Shown one piece after another: positions 40,554 to 53,319 of a stretch of 64,000 nucleotides of DNA (positions are counted from its first letter, which is position 1; each line of letters begins with the position of its first letter). The DNA is from Guillardia theta CCMP2712 (taxonomy: Eukaryota; Protista; Cryptophyta). The stretch covers positions 463,697 to 527,696 of the forward strand of contig NW_005434622.1 in assembly GCF_000315625.1 (NCBI RefSeq). The letters are read 5' to 3'. A model generated the notes under the pieces. That model was not told where the DNA came from, did no database searches, and saw only the letters and a list, made by a program, of their open reading frames with translations. A program made the translations under genes and the position numbers.

Positions 40554-43500
40554 ATGCAGCGAGTGCTGCTAGCATGGCTGCTGTTATGCTCGGGGGGAGG
40601 AGGGAGGGAGGACATGGTTGGAGGAGGAGCCATCAAGAACGAGCTACCATCGGCCACGCTGGAGAGGCTCAGAACCTCCTCGCACTTGGTGGTTGAGACC
40701 GCGCGAGCAACTGTAAGTTCGCGTTGCGCCTGGACCTTGGGCGTGTCGACATCAGATGGTGGGGTCTCAAGGAAAACTAAGACTTGCAGCGAAGAAGGTA
40801 TGTGTGGAGAGTTCCACTTGTACAACAGGAAGCTACGCACCAAAGGAAGAGCTTGCATCCAAATCTGTCAGAAAGGACATTCACCGTTCTTCTGCATGCA
40901 GATGAAAGGGGGGGAACGATCGAGAGGACGTGAGGATGAGGATCGAAACTATGGATTACGTGAACGAAGAAAATCAAAATATGGACCAGATAAACGAAGT
41001 CAAACTAAGAGAAAACCGTTCAGAAAATCGTCCAGAAGAACAGATCCCAAGCCATCGGGCTTACAAGAGTTAAAGGGAAAGTTGCGAGCGAAGATTCGTG
41101 CAACTGTTAAAGGCAATTACACAGACAGAAAGAATTATAGGGACCAAATTGCAACATCGGATGGAGATCAAGCTGGTACAAAGAAACATAGACCTGGCTC
41201 CTTCCCTGCCTTGGGGATCGAGGATTCGATAGCCAAGGCTTTAATGCATGCAGGGTACAAGTTTCCGACGCCCGTGCAACGCAAATCGATTCCTGAACTC
41301 TTATCCGGGGCTAATGTTGTGATGATGGCTCGAACAGGATCAGGCAAGACGGCCGCTTTCTTGGTTCCTCTGATTCAGAGAATTCGAGCAATAAGTGACT
41401 CAAACTGGGCTCAGGGCAAAGTGATTGGCATACAAGGTCTTGTTCTGGTCCCAACTAGGGAACTTGCGTTGCAAACTTTCAATTTTTTCAAGTCATATGC
41501 CAAGTACACGCAGTTGACTGCCTGCTTGATCGTTGGTGGAGAAGCCTTGGAGCCGCAGTTCGCGGCACTAGCAACAAATCCGAACGTGGTCATCGCTACA
41601 CCTGGACGATTGCTGCAACTGTTGAACGAGGTGAGGCGTGGGTGACAACATCGGCTTTCTTTCTTATTATCCAAGGTGAGAGTTCTGAGCTGGATCGTGT
41701 TTGACAGGTCCGCACGTTCTCATTGAAGGGAGTTCGGGTTTGCGTCCTTGACGAGGCTGATCGCTTGTTCGAGACTTCCCTGATACGTGAGCCTCTGACT
41801 AGCGATCTTTTTGTGTGCACTCATTGTTTCTTTACCGATAGATGAAGTACAAGAGATCATGGCAGCGATGTCGTCGCAGAACGAAATCAAAATCGTTCGC
41901 ACCACGCGAAAATCAAGAGCTGGAAAATTGCATGGGAGTGACTGGAATGGTACAAAAGAGAGCGAGAGAGCGGTGAAGAAGAAACCTTTCAGGCAAATGA
42001 TCTTGGTCAGTGCTACAATGCCAAAGGAGCTCGCAGACTTTGCATCAGCCGATGTGCAAGATCATATCCTGATACGCCTAGATACTGATACTCTAATGTC
42101 CGAAAGCCTCAAAGTCGGATACTTTTATGTCTTGGATTACGAGAAACTTCCCGGACTTGCCTTCCTACTGAGCAATATTCTTGACACGACGGGTAATACA
42201 ACATTACCGTCAATTCAAGACTTGATTATGAATCCTCATCCCTTGACGCCCTGGGGAGCCTCGAATGTGCATAAACTTCAAGACCAGAAGTTCAAGAAAA
42301 GATGTCTCATCTTCTGCGCCACAAGGCACAGCGTGGAACTTATAACGCAGGTGCTGGGACACGCAGGCTTCCAGGTGGGAGGGCTCCATGGGCACGCAGA
42401 CAACGAGCAAAGGAAAATTCTGGTCGAAGACTTTGCGAAGAAAAGACTTCAGGTTGTCCGGTAGTAATAGTTTTGGCTGTACTGATTATCGTGATATGAA
42501 GGTTCTAGTCGTCACAGACCTTGCAGCACGTGGCATTGATATCCCTCTCCTGGACTACGTCATAAATTTTGACTTTCCGAGTACTCCCAAGTTGTTCATT
42601 CATCGTTGCGGGTGAGAATTGCTCATAAGGTCACCGGCCCCTGACCTGTCGGACAGTCGTGCAGGCAGGGCAGGGATGATAGGCACCGTCTATTCCCTCA
42701 TTACTCCAGAAGACCTTCCGCATCTCATCGATGCAAATCTTGTCCTTGGGCGGAAAATGAGAACTACCCCTGATGATCAGAACGTGAAATCCGCTGGAGG
42801 ATGCCTGTTAGATGCCGCAGACAACTTCCTGATTGGAAAGTTGCCGACAGATTACATTGGATACTGGACAAGAGCTATTCATCAAATATTTCTCAAGGAC
42901 TATGATCTTGAAGGTCAAGCGGCGACAGCGCGGAGGTAAACAGAGGCCTCGTCCAAAACGCTTCCTTGATTTTCTTATTTCAACCAGAGGATTCAAGTTG
43001 TACCTCAAAACTTGTCCTTCACCCAGTGATCAGAGCAAGAAGTATTTTGTTGGAAATGTATTTGTGTAATGAGCTGAAGCTGAGATGTCAGACAAGCCAA
43101 CGATCTCTTGGACACAGAATTGGCGTATCTGCAGGTCCATCACTGGTTTCGCCACTTAGCGGGAGAGGCTGATCTTTTCGAAGAGAAGGTACAAACGTCT
43201 CTTGTTGGCTGATCTGACCTCAAGGGACAGGAACAAAGGGATGCTTTCCTGGAGTCAAGCTCGAAGCTGTCCATCAAGAAAGGGAGTTTCCTTATGCCAG
43301 GGGAGAAAATCTTGTGGGAGCTCAACGATGGGGTTCGTAAGGAAGTACGTCGATCTGACTCCCTTTCAAGGTCCTAAATTGCTTTTTTTACAGGCGGGTT
43401 GGAGGCTTCAAAGACATTCAAAGTTTGTTTCCAAGTATCTAGCCAACGGATTACAGCAGCATCCAGCAGAGTCATCAGAGAAAAGCCTCAATTCATCTTT

Positions 43501-44376
43501 GCTCATCAGAGAGTTGAATTCAGAAAGTGTCAAACCGACTTATCGGCAGAAACTAAGAGCGCAACAGCCCGTCTTGGTGCCAGATTTTGAAGTTTTGCAA
43601 GGTCATGATGTCTGAAGAACGACGTGAAATGACATGTTATCCCCAGGTATGTCGGAGAGAGCACAGGACAAGAGTTTGAGAGTTAGTACTGGCGGGTCGA
43701 TGCAAGGAGACCTCAATCAGGAAGTACTTGAAGTGGGGGGCGATGATATTGAAGACATTGCGAAACGCGAGCATCAGCGAAAGATCTGGGATAAGAAGAA
43801 GAAGAGGTTCACGACGTACGAGAACCTGAACAAAGAACAACAGAAAGAAATCCGCTACCTGAGAAACGAAGCTGGCAATCGTGTTAGGCGATTGAGCTCT
43901 CAACAAGAGAAGGTAGGGCTGCCCAGTCCTTGTTACATACGTAAACCTCTGGACAGGACGGAGCGATCTATCAGAAATGGAAGGACTCGAGCAATTTGAG
44001 GGTACAGAGCATCGGCGAAAGCAAAAACGAGAAGAACGCAAAGAAAGCTTCCGCCAACGCCTATGTCGCCCTCCGAAACAGAAATGCAGGCGAAAGCTCA
44101 AGACTCGGGGCCTCGATCTTAGCAGGCACCAAGAACCCGCTGCTGCTCAAGATCGAGAACAAGGACGGCGCGTCTGGCTCTCAACGGAAACTTGCGCAGA
44201 TGAGGGAAATCAAGGAGAACAAGGCGACGAAGGAGAAGAAGGCGAGGTATGAACGACAGAAGGCGCAGATTGCAAGGAAGAAAGGAAAGGCGAATGATGT
44301 CATCCCCTCAAAGCTGCTCAGTGCCATGAACCAGAGGCTGTCAACGTTGCACAAGACGACAAAGGTGACAAGATGA
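40554..44376 (+). CDS. DBP10: DEAD-box RNA helicase DBP10/DDX54 with N-terminal signal-like extension
   Basis: [69 protein letters not shown], and DBP10-type tail [10 protein letters not shown]...RNEAGNR. Confidence 0.88.
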
Positions 44377-44664
44377 GAGTTTGCTGTTGTGTGTGCTTGT
44401 GACAATCTGGCAGGGGCTGAGGGTCGGGGCGAAGGTCGATGTTCCCACGCTGTTGAAGCTCCATCAGAAACACATGAAATCTTCAATGAAAGAGCTGCGT
44501 TGGGACAGAAAGCGCTAACATATATCCTCGATAATACATACATGTTACATTACAAGTGAGTGTCTTGAGCATTCATGCACCTGTATGCAACACTTCAGTC
44601 ATGAGCAACCTTTCGATGTGATTCACCTCTCAGCAACGCAAAGATTAGAAGTGCTAGAGCAACG

Positions 44665-47600
44665 ATGGCAAAGAAGAACGCGGGCGAGATCGACACGCCA
44701 AGTATGGTCGGACATCTGAAACACAATTCTTGCCCTCACCCCTTTCAACCCTTTTCCTACTGCATGTTCGCCCACTTCACATGTTCGCCCACTTCACATG
44801 TTCGCCCACTTCCCTTTCTCCCCTCTTACCCTCACCCCTTTCAACCCTTTTCCTACTGCATGTTCGCCCACTTCACATGTTCGCCCACTTCACATGTTCG
44901 CCCACTTCACATGTTCGCCTACTTCACATGTTCGCCCACTTCACATGTTCGCCCACTTCACATGTTCGCCCACTTCACATGTTCGCCCACTTCACATGTT
45001 CGCCCACTTCACATGTTCGCCCACTTCACATGTTCGCCCACTTCACATGTTCGCCCACTTCACATGTTCGCATTTTGTTCTAGATTTAGAGCACCCACAG
45101 AAATGTTTTACTCATCAATATGCTAGGAGAAGACGAGAGGGTAGGTAGCAAGACTAGAAGAGGACGAATCAAACTTTAGACGCCTGCTCTAGATTTAGAA
45201 TAGATCCATTCTTCGACCTTCTGTTCTAGAATCAATCTTGACTTTGACAAGGCAGGTCCATGGCCAACCAGCGCCATGGCTTTCTTGTCGTGGAGTACGC
45301 GGGGAGTGGAGACAGGTGTCTTCTCCTTCCATCCTCTGCCATAGTCATACTTGCTCTATCCTGACACTCTTGCTTGCAGATATGAAGGGGAATGGGTAAA
45401 CATCTCAGTTGAGTCTCCCATCATGAGCTGATTGCACAAACTTTTCATCTCTGTAGGTCTTAGGGAAGAAGGAAGGAAAGGGTCGCTACACTTCTCACAA
45501 TGGGGGTAAACCTGCAGCACCTGCGTGAACATGCAGGATAGTGAGTTGATTTACAGATTTGTATGAAGGAGAATACAGAGAAGGCAAGCGGAACGGGGTT
45601 GGGTTGTACAAGTATTCCAACGGCGATGGTGCGAGCTTGCTTCACATGTTCGCTTGTCGTACTGACATATTGGTCGATTCGTGAAGAGTACGAGGGGCAA
45701 TGGCTCCGAGGTAAGCCTTCACTCGACCTATGTCTAAGATGACACTTGCGTCAAGGGAAGAAGCACGGGCAAGGAAGAATGTCGTTTGTCAACGGAGCCA
45801 TCTATGAAGGCGGATACAAGGAGGACAAGAAGCATTACAAGGGGATCTACAGGCACGCCGACGGGTCTTGCTACACGGGTGAGTACAAGGATGGCAAGCC
45901 GTCGGGCAGGGGAGTGTACATCTTCCCGACGGGAGAGAGGTTTGAGGGAGAGTTTGTAGGAGGGTTCAAGCACGGGAAGGGCACAGTGACTCTGACCGAT
46001 GGGATGAAGTACACGGCCAAGTATCACCTGGGGAAACGAGCTACTCGCAAGAAAATCCTCGCGCTCCCCTCTGGGTTCAACGACGAGGACGAGGGCTTGC
46101 TTCCTACCCCGAGCACTGGCCCAGCAGCAAAGGCGGCCAAGGGACACGAGAAGATGTTTTCCTTTGCGAATGACGACGACATGAAGCTGAAGCAGGCTCC
46201 TGCGAAGCTGTCGGACTTTGATTCGATGGCCTCTAGAGACTCCCAGAGGAAGTTCGGAATGGCGGACAAGAGATTCGGGATGCAGAGCGCTGAGTACGAC
46301 AAGAGCCGGGGGTCGGAGAAGAGCCTCAAGTTCGGGGAGCTTGACATCGACTTCTTCTCCTCGGACATGAAGGGCAAAAAGCAGCAGGAGGTGCATCGGA
46401 TCGATCGCCGCGGCAGCCAGACGTCACACCTTGTCCTCACCGATGAGAGGAGCGCGCTAGATGCCGCGGCTGCTCGGTCGCAGCTGAGCAGCTCCCACTC
46501 GCATAAGGCGTTCGATTCCGATGCTCTAGAGCTGTTCAAGTTGATGGATACAGACGGTAACGGGTACCTGAGCTGGAAGGAGGTCTCGGTGGCCCTGTCG
46601 ACCTTCGGCTTCTCCGCCTCCAAGATTGAGAGGATCTTCGAGGTTGCAGACATCAACAAGGACGGTCAGATCTCGATCGCCGAGTTCTCCGAAGGGATCG
46701 GTGAGGGTTCCAGAGGTCAGGGGAAGGAGAATTCGTGTGTCTGACTTGCTCCCTCCAGTCCCCATCCTGCTGGAGACGGAGCAGATCAAGAACGAGATCC
46801 GATCGCGGGGAGAGTTCAAGGCGACTGAGTACCTCGACGTCACCATCATCCAGTGCCGGAACCTACCGGACCTGAGCAGCAACGTCATCGACAACAACCT
46901 CTCCTACTGTCCCTTCGTCCAGCTGCAGTACGGCGGGAGGGCCTTCCAGACGCGGGCGGCCAAGGGCTCACTGAACCCGGTCTTCGACCAGACGTTCCGC
47001 GTTTTCGTCAACGACGCGGTGGACGAGTCGGAGTTCGAGTTCTCGGTGATGGAGTGGGAGGTCACGACCAACCGGGCCTCCCACGTCGGGTCCGCCAAGG
47101 TTTTGTGGAGGGACATCAACGGTAGGTCGTCTCAGGAGTTCCACGAGACGCTGCAGCTGAGGCGGCCGGACGGGCGGCCACTCATCTTCCAAGACAACCC
47201 GTCGGTGCTGGAGATAAGCATCGAAGGAGAGAGCGTGAGTGAAGCTGCGGATCGTGATGATGCGCGTGTTCATGGGGGGCAGAGGAAAGGGAGGAGGGAG
47301 GGGAAGGTGGGGGGAGTGATGGGAGGGGGAATGAGGTGGGTTGGGAGGTGTGTCTGTTTGTTCCTTGCTGGTGTTGTTGTGCCGGATATCTTGTTTGTAC
47401 TCTGCTGGAAGGATGTTTTCCTCTCTCCTCTTGATGTTGCCTTGTGTGTCGTGATGCTCCTCGATCAGCTTGACATGTCATGCCTGCATGCCACATCGCG
47501 AGTTGCTGACTTGAGCTGAACTTATCTTCTCAGCTCCCGATCCTTCTTAAGATCGACATCGGGACTGCTGAGAACCTCTCCCATGACGAGCGCTTCCTCC

Positions 47601-48724
47601 CCGATCCCTTCGTGCGCGTCACCGTCGCCGGCCAGCTGTACGAGAGCAAGGTGATCAAGCAGAGCAGCAGGCCGGAGTTCCACGAGACTCTATCCTTCAA
47701 CCTCTTCTCTGAGGATCTCACCAAGCCGCTCACCCTCGAAATCCTCGACTGGGGCAACAGCAGGGGAGGAGGAGGAGGAGGAGGAGGAGGAGGCTTCCTA
47801 GGCATGGTCCAGTTTCAGCTCCACCAGCTGCTGCTGAGCAACAGCTCAGCCAACGGTTGGTTCCCCCTCCTCGACAGGTCACTCAAACCCATCGACCTCG
47901 ACGATCAGCACCCTGCTCGCCTCTGGCTGCGCGTGCGCTGCATCCTCCGTTCGGAGACGCGCGATGGAGAGTCCGAGTACGGGCTGAGCACGCGGCCCAG
48001 CAGCTCAGGTACTCCGGCGCAGAGAAGCTTCATGGACCCCAACGACGTTGAAGAAGACGAAGACACGGAGGAGGAGCAGTGGGGGATGGCGCAGGAGGAG
48101 GAGGAGGATGAGAACAACTTGATGCAGTTCCTCGGAATTGACGACAGCCGTGCTAAGGCCGGGAAGAGGGAGGAGAGGTCAAGAGCTGTCACGTCCAGGT
48201 CAGCCAGGAAAGCCTCCGGGGGCAGCCTCTCGAGCTCGAACGCGGGAGGGTCGGGGGGAGGGAAAGTCCTGACTGAGTCCGAGGAGCTGCAGGTCGCCAG
48301 GCTGCAGAAGAAGATGGAGAAAGCGGCAGCGAAAGGAAATGTCGCCGTCGCCGAGCAGTACCGCAAGGACATGCTGCGGCTGCAAGGGCTGGACTACCTG
48401 TCCTCCCAGGAGATCTCAGAAGGCGTCAGGAGCTCGAGCGTCGAGCTGGAGCTGGATCAGGATGAAGCTGCCAGCGGTGAGGAGGAGGAGGAGGAGGAGC
48501 TCGGAATGTACGACCCTCTCAATCAGGGCATGCGCAACGACTCTTCGAACATGGCCTCCTCCAGCTACGGTGGTGCAAGCGGCTCCTATCGCTCAGAGTC
48601 AGTACAAGGAAGTCTGAGATCGCAAGAGTCGCGACTGACGCAGGAGGAGGAGCAGAAGGAGGAGGAGGGAGAAAAGTCGAAGAAGAGCATCTTTGCTCGT
48701 ATGAATCCTTTCAAGAAGAGATGA
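44665..48724 (+). CDS. MORN-repeat + EF-hand + tandem C2 domain protein
   Basis: MORN repeats (YEGGYKEDKKHYKG, YTGEYKDGKPSGRG); EF-hands DTDGNGYLSWKE and DINKDGQISIAE; two C2 domains (LDVTIIQCRNL..SLNPVFDQTF; PDPFVRVTV..PEFHETL). Confidence 0.85.
44733..45071. repeat. Intronic 17-bp minisatellite (CATGTTCGCCCACTTCA)n with duplicated leader
   Basis: Three copies at 44763-44813 and 12 full copies plus a partial at 44859-45071. Both blocks follow the same ~30-nt leader. Confidence 0.95.
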
Positions 48725-48749
48725 AGCTGTCACACTTTTCAAGTTCTGT

Positions 48750-48900
48750 ATGAGTAAACTTGAGTCGACACTGAAGTCACCGGACCCGACGGCCACCAGG
48801 CCCCGGGGCCCGGCCGGCTACCGGGCCGGCTGGTTTTACTCAGAGTGACTCACTGACCGTCAAGTTGGACTCCGGGAACTTCGGAACGGTAGTGAGTTTG
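48750..48900. promoter_or_regulatory. GC-rich island upstream of the EsV-1-7/AP2 gene
   Basis: GGCCCCGGGGCC palindrome, GTTTTACTCAG and TGACTCA. Confidence 0.5.
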
Positions 48901-49121
48901 TACGATCCCCTCATCCCCTTTCAGACCCCAGAGGTTGGCCCCCATTTTGCGCCAAGCGATGCAAGGCTGGAGGGGTGAGAGGGGCGGGGAGAAGAGGAGG
49001 CAGCAGACGGGAGGTGCAGGGAAGAGCGAAGAACACAAGCGAGCGAGAAAGAAGAGAGCGAGGGAGCTTGCAGAAGAAAACTGTCATCAAAGAAGAGCTT
49101 CCAGTTCTTCAGTCCCATGAG

Positions 49122-51601
49122 ATGTATCGCCGAACTGGCATCAAGAAGCCCTATCTCGTCATTCTGCTCTTCCTCGCCATGGATGTGCGAGGCAGAGGAG
49201 AACGTCAGATCGTTGACAATATGGTATTCGATGAAATCAAGCACGTCCAACACATTGCCAGCAATGGAATCGTTAAGTGTTCAAGCTGTGGAAATCTCAG
49301 GAACGCACAAATTAGTTCCATAGAGAATTGCAAGGGCGAAATGTGTCTGAGCTGTCTCAAGTCAACAGAATTTCTTTCTATTTGCTGAAGAAAAAGTGCT
49401 CTGTGTGCGAGAAGAGGGCGCGTTATGGTCCCAGTATCTTCGACCCCCTTCGATGCCGATTGCACAGGTTCGTTCAGCTTCAGCAAGTCGTCTGTGAGAT
49501 GTGAGTAGGGAGGACTGATAAGTGTGCAGGGAGGAGGGAGACAAGGTATCTAGTGCTCTGATATGTAAATACGACGATTGCTTGCAGAAGGCAGGTAAAC
49601 CCACACCGCACACGTGATGTCAATCCTGGATAAGCACGACCGACCTTTGTTTGTAGTCTACGGAGATCCGTCGAGAGGGAGGGCAACATACTGCAAGGTC
49701 TGCACGCAAGTGACTATGTTGACCGTGATCACGAAGCACTAGGAGCACAAGAACGCTTCGCACGTGAACCTTCGGAAGAAGAGATGTCAGGTTGCCCGTG
49801 TGTTCATGGCGACCAACCTTCTCTTGATTCAGACGCACAGCACCCGGAAGGATGTTCGAGGCCCTCGGTGTTCGGGACGTCGATCCCGTTGTTCTGCGGG
49901 GAGCACAAGGGGAGAGGAGACATCGCTCTGAGGTCCCATGCTGCCCCGTCCCCCCTTGGTTGCCTGACTCCGGTCGCAGCGGCACCAGATGCCAGAGATT
50001 TGGATGCATCAAACAAGTCGCGCGAGACTTCTTGTCCATCACCTCCTTGGCTGACATGCTCCCTAGGCCTCTTTTGGCAATGTTGAGGACGGAATCGTCA
50101 TGTACTGCCTACGGCACAAGGGAGAAAATCACACGGTGAGAGATTGAGGAGGACGAGGAGGAGGGGAGGGGAGGGGAGGGGAGGGGAGGGGAGGGGATGA
50201 ATTTGTTCCGGAAGTGACTCTCAGCAGTACCTTAGGAGTGTCCGATGCAAGTACCCCGAGGGATGCACTAGATGGGCGACCTTCGGCAATCAGAACGCAA
50301 GGTAAGCGCTGCTGCTGCTGCTGCTTCTGCTGCTGGCGGTGCTGCTGCTGCTGCTGGTGCTGCTGCTGCTGGTGCTGCTGCTGGTGCTGCTGCGCTTCTG
50401 GTGGAGGAGGTGGTGGGTTGAGAGAGTGAGGTGAGCTGGCAGTGGGGCCCCGCTCTTTTGCCTGGAGCATCGGGATGTTGGGCAGGTCTGTTGTGCCGGG
50501 GACAGCGGAGGGCTCAACAAACGTGTGCGTAGGTGAGAGTGACAGGAAGGAACGAGAGCGCGCGATCGCAGCGGGAGCTGTGCGAGTTCTGTCTCCGCAA
50601 GGTCCTGCTCCTGAGCGAAGCCTGTTCCTGCTGCGTTGACACGGGCACGCAGATCTCGAGGAGGAACATGGCGAAGCACTTGAAGGTCGAGAAGGCTCGG
50701 CGGCTCCCTAGTGCCCCGGGGGCTGAGACTGGCACTGCAGGGGAACTTCTGCAAAGTGAAGGGCCTGGTGGCGATGCAGATGGCGAGAAACCGATTCGGT
50801 GATGGGAGGAGGAGGAGGGGGAGGAGGGGGAGGGGGAGGGGGAGGACGAGGACAAGGAGGAGGAGGAGGAGGAGGAGGAGGAGGAGGAGTCTCGGTGATA
50901 AGGGCCCAGGTCGAGATGTGACGGAAGCACTCAAGGGGAGGTCAGTCGGCAGACATCCGTCGCTGCAATCAGCTCCCGCACCTCCGGCTGAGGTCAACAG
51001 GAGTTGTCAGGGGTCAGAGAGTTGAGCAGGTTTCCAGATCTTCATCAATAGCGGGGAGGAGAATCGGACTGTAGCCCTCTTAGGAAACTTCACCTCCTGC
51101 TGCCTCAAGTAGGGCTGCTGTCGTGGCCATGGACGAGGAGGGTTGTCACGAGCTCCTGCAGGTGCCAGCAGAACAAGAAAGGTATGCGGTACTGCAGATT
51201 CGTCAAGAAGCACCTGGTGTGCTTTCGACTTCTCTGCACAAGAATCTCGTGTCATGCAGCGCTTGCAGGAGCCAGGAGGGAATGTGGTATCGCTGGAGAA
51301 GCGAAAGACTAGTCAGTACCTCGGTCTGTCTTCTCAGAGAGGCTTCCTCCCTTGCCTGATTTCCTCTCTTCAGGGGTAGGATGGAACGAGCAGAAGCGCA
51401 AATGGAGAGTGCGAATGACCACGGACGGCAAGACGCTTCATGTTACCCATATTTGCATTATTTATCTGCACTCCTGATGTCTTGCTGTAGGTTGGATTCT
51501 ACGACAACGAACTTGAAGCTGCACAAGCGTATGACCACTTTGCAATGTCTCGCAATGTTTCTACCAAGTTAAATTTTCAAGACTCGAAACGTGTAAATTA
51601 G
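49122..51601 (+). CDS. EsV-1-7 cysteine-rich repeat protein with C-terminal AP2/ERF DNA-binding domain
   Basis: Repeats of the C..EGC...A.FG....FC..HK type (HPEGCSRPSVFGTSIPLFCGEHK; CQRFGCIKQ|ASFGNVEDGIVMYCLRHK; CKYPEGCTRWATFG). Spliced AP2: SQYLGVGWNEQKRKWRVRMTTDGKTLHVGFYDNELEAAQAYDHFAMSRNVSTKLNF. The start is uncertain. Confidence 0.8.
50308..50392. repeat. Intronic (GCT/GGT)n trinucleotide tract
   Basis: Lies inside a GTAAGC...GCAG intron at about 50302-50441. Confidence 0.85.
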
Positions 51602-53000
51602 TGAGATAGGATAATAAAAGAAGACCCTCAAAAGTTTGACCAAACAACTTGCAAGACATCAACAACGTTGCAAGCAACGTGGTACACAGAGAAACAGCAC
51701 CATCAGCGATTACTTCTAGAATACATGTCCTTCCTAACATCATCACACGCTGTAAGAGCTGCACCGAGACGATCGGTGTACAAGCACCTCAGGCCAGCTC
51801 AAAAAAAAAGTTGGTCGGTACAACCATGACCAACATTCCAGAGGAAATTCCTGCAAGGCCAAGGTTCAGCACAAAGAATCAAACCATAGGCAAACTGAAT
51901 ACCTCTCGAAGTCCTTTGCTTGTTTTTCATACTCCAGCCAGCGTAGAGCGCCATCAACTCTATTGCATAGCTAACCAACGTGCTAGAAATGACTGCTAAT
52001 CCAAATTTTTTTGATTAAAATCGGTGATCTTGACGCGAGCGCGAGGAATAAAGGTCCACTTTATTCTTGTGACCATCAAGGATGCGGGCCGTTGCGATTC
52101 CAAGGAAAGTGCGATGTGATGAGACCAATCCCCAATAAACCCAAGAATAACCCCGATGAAACGTTCTCCTCCCATACGAGACAAGACAACCCATGCGCCA
52201 TGACTTGCACACAACATCCTAACCAGCAACAACCTTGATCCTTCGAGGAATGAACGGATTCACGAACACAAGTTGGGAATGGAGTGCACTGCATAGATCT
52301 GGGATCTGGTCCTTCAAACTGACTGACACAGCAGGATGACACCAACAAGACACTTTGAAGCAAACCGAGCAGTGTGAAAAGCCAACGCAGAGGGTAGCAG
52401 GTGCAGAAGCAAGCCAAAGTTACAATCCAGGCAACCACGAGGGATGGCAAGTGTCAAACCAAAAAAATGGAATAAGCACATATGGTGCACACTCTCACAC
52501 GATGACTGAACTGAATTAGTACAATCTCGGGAAACACCTATTGCAATCACACGGGATGCAGCTAAACGCGTGTCAGATGCTTGAAGCCAATTCTCAACAG
52601 GAAAGTGATTCGCATCAGAAGATCGCACGATGGCTTGTGTGGAAGGAAGGAAGATAAGCAACACCAAAGGTCTGAATTGGAAAGTATGATACAGCTGAGA
52701 GAGCGTTTGCAGGATCTGAACACGAGTGTTGCAAGATCGATGTGAAGGTTCACGTTGGATTGTCAGATGGGCTGGGAGAGGGAGATGTGTACGCGTGAAT
52801 CAACATGAAAGAAGTCAGCAACACAAACAACATTGTTCCTTACATGGAGGGGGTGAAGAAGAAGACGGGGGATGGCATGTCGAGGCATTGAGGTGAGGTG
52901 CAAGCACGCAAGAGAACCATTCTCTCATCACATATGTAGGGTGAACTCCATGCTTCAGCGAACTGTGTGTGCCTATGCCCATCTTCCGTTGTGCCCATCC

Positions 53001-53254
53001 TCAATATCCTACGTGAACCATTGACTGTGACTTGTGATTGACGAGCTGAGTGTTGGGTGCAGTGGCTGTGCGAGCTGTAGCCTGGGCTGTGGAGACATGA
53101 CGGTGTTCTGATAGCTCTGCGCGCTTCCAGCTGGACGCCTTTAGCGCTGCGTACTGAGCCCATGATCCGATAGCGAGCTGTGGAGCGTGGACGATGATGA
53201 TACTGCGAGCTGCTGCACATGAGCACGCCTCCATACCTGCTCCTCCACTTTCAT
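53001..53254 (-). CDS. Putative 64-aa spliced microprotein
   Basis: TATAAAT about 50 nt upstream, GCCGCCATG start context, exon MKVEEQ, canonical 59-nt intron 53178-53236, exon 2 LAIGSWAQYAALK...HVGY*. Confidence 0.5.
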
Positions 53255-53319
53255 GGCGGCAGGCGGTTGGCGGCTGAAGGAGACCAGGGACCAAGGGTGT
53301 ATTTATAGCCCCTGCAACT

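Noticed and set aside
44733-45071. CRISPR-like array or the three repetitive ORFs (44665, 44730, 44798)
   Set aside because: Units abut with no unique spacers, there are no cas genes, and the context is a eukaryotic intron. The ORFs exist only because the unit lacks stops.
51602-52990. Multi-TM gene such as a rhodopsin on the minus strand
   Set aside because: The hydrophobic-looking ORFs reflect T-richness. I found no consistent exon chain or retinal-binding Lys motif.
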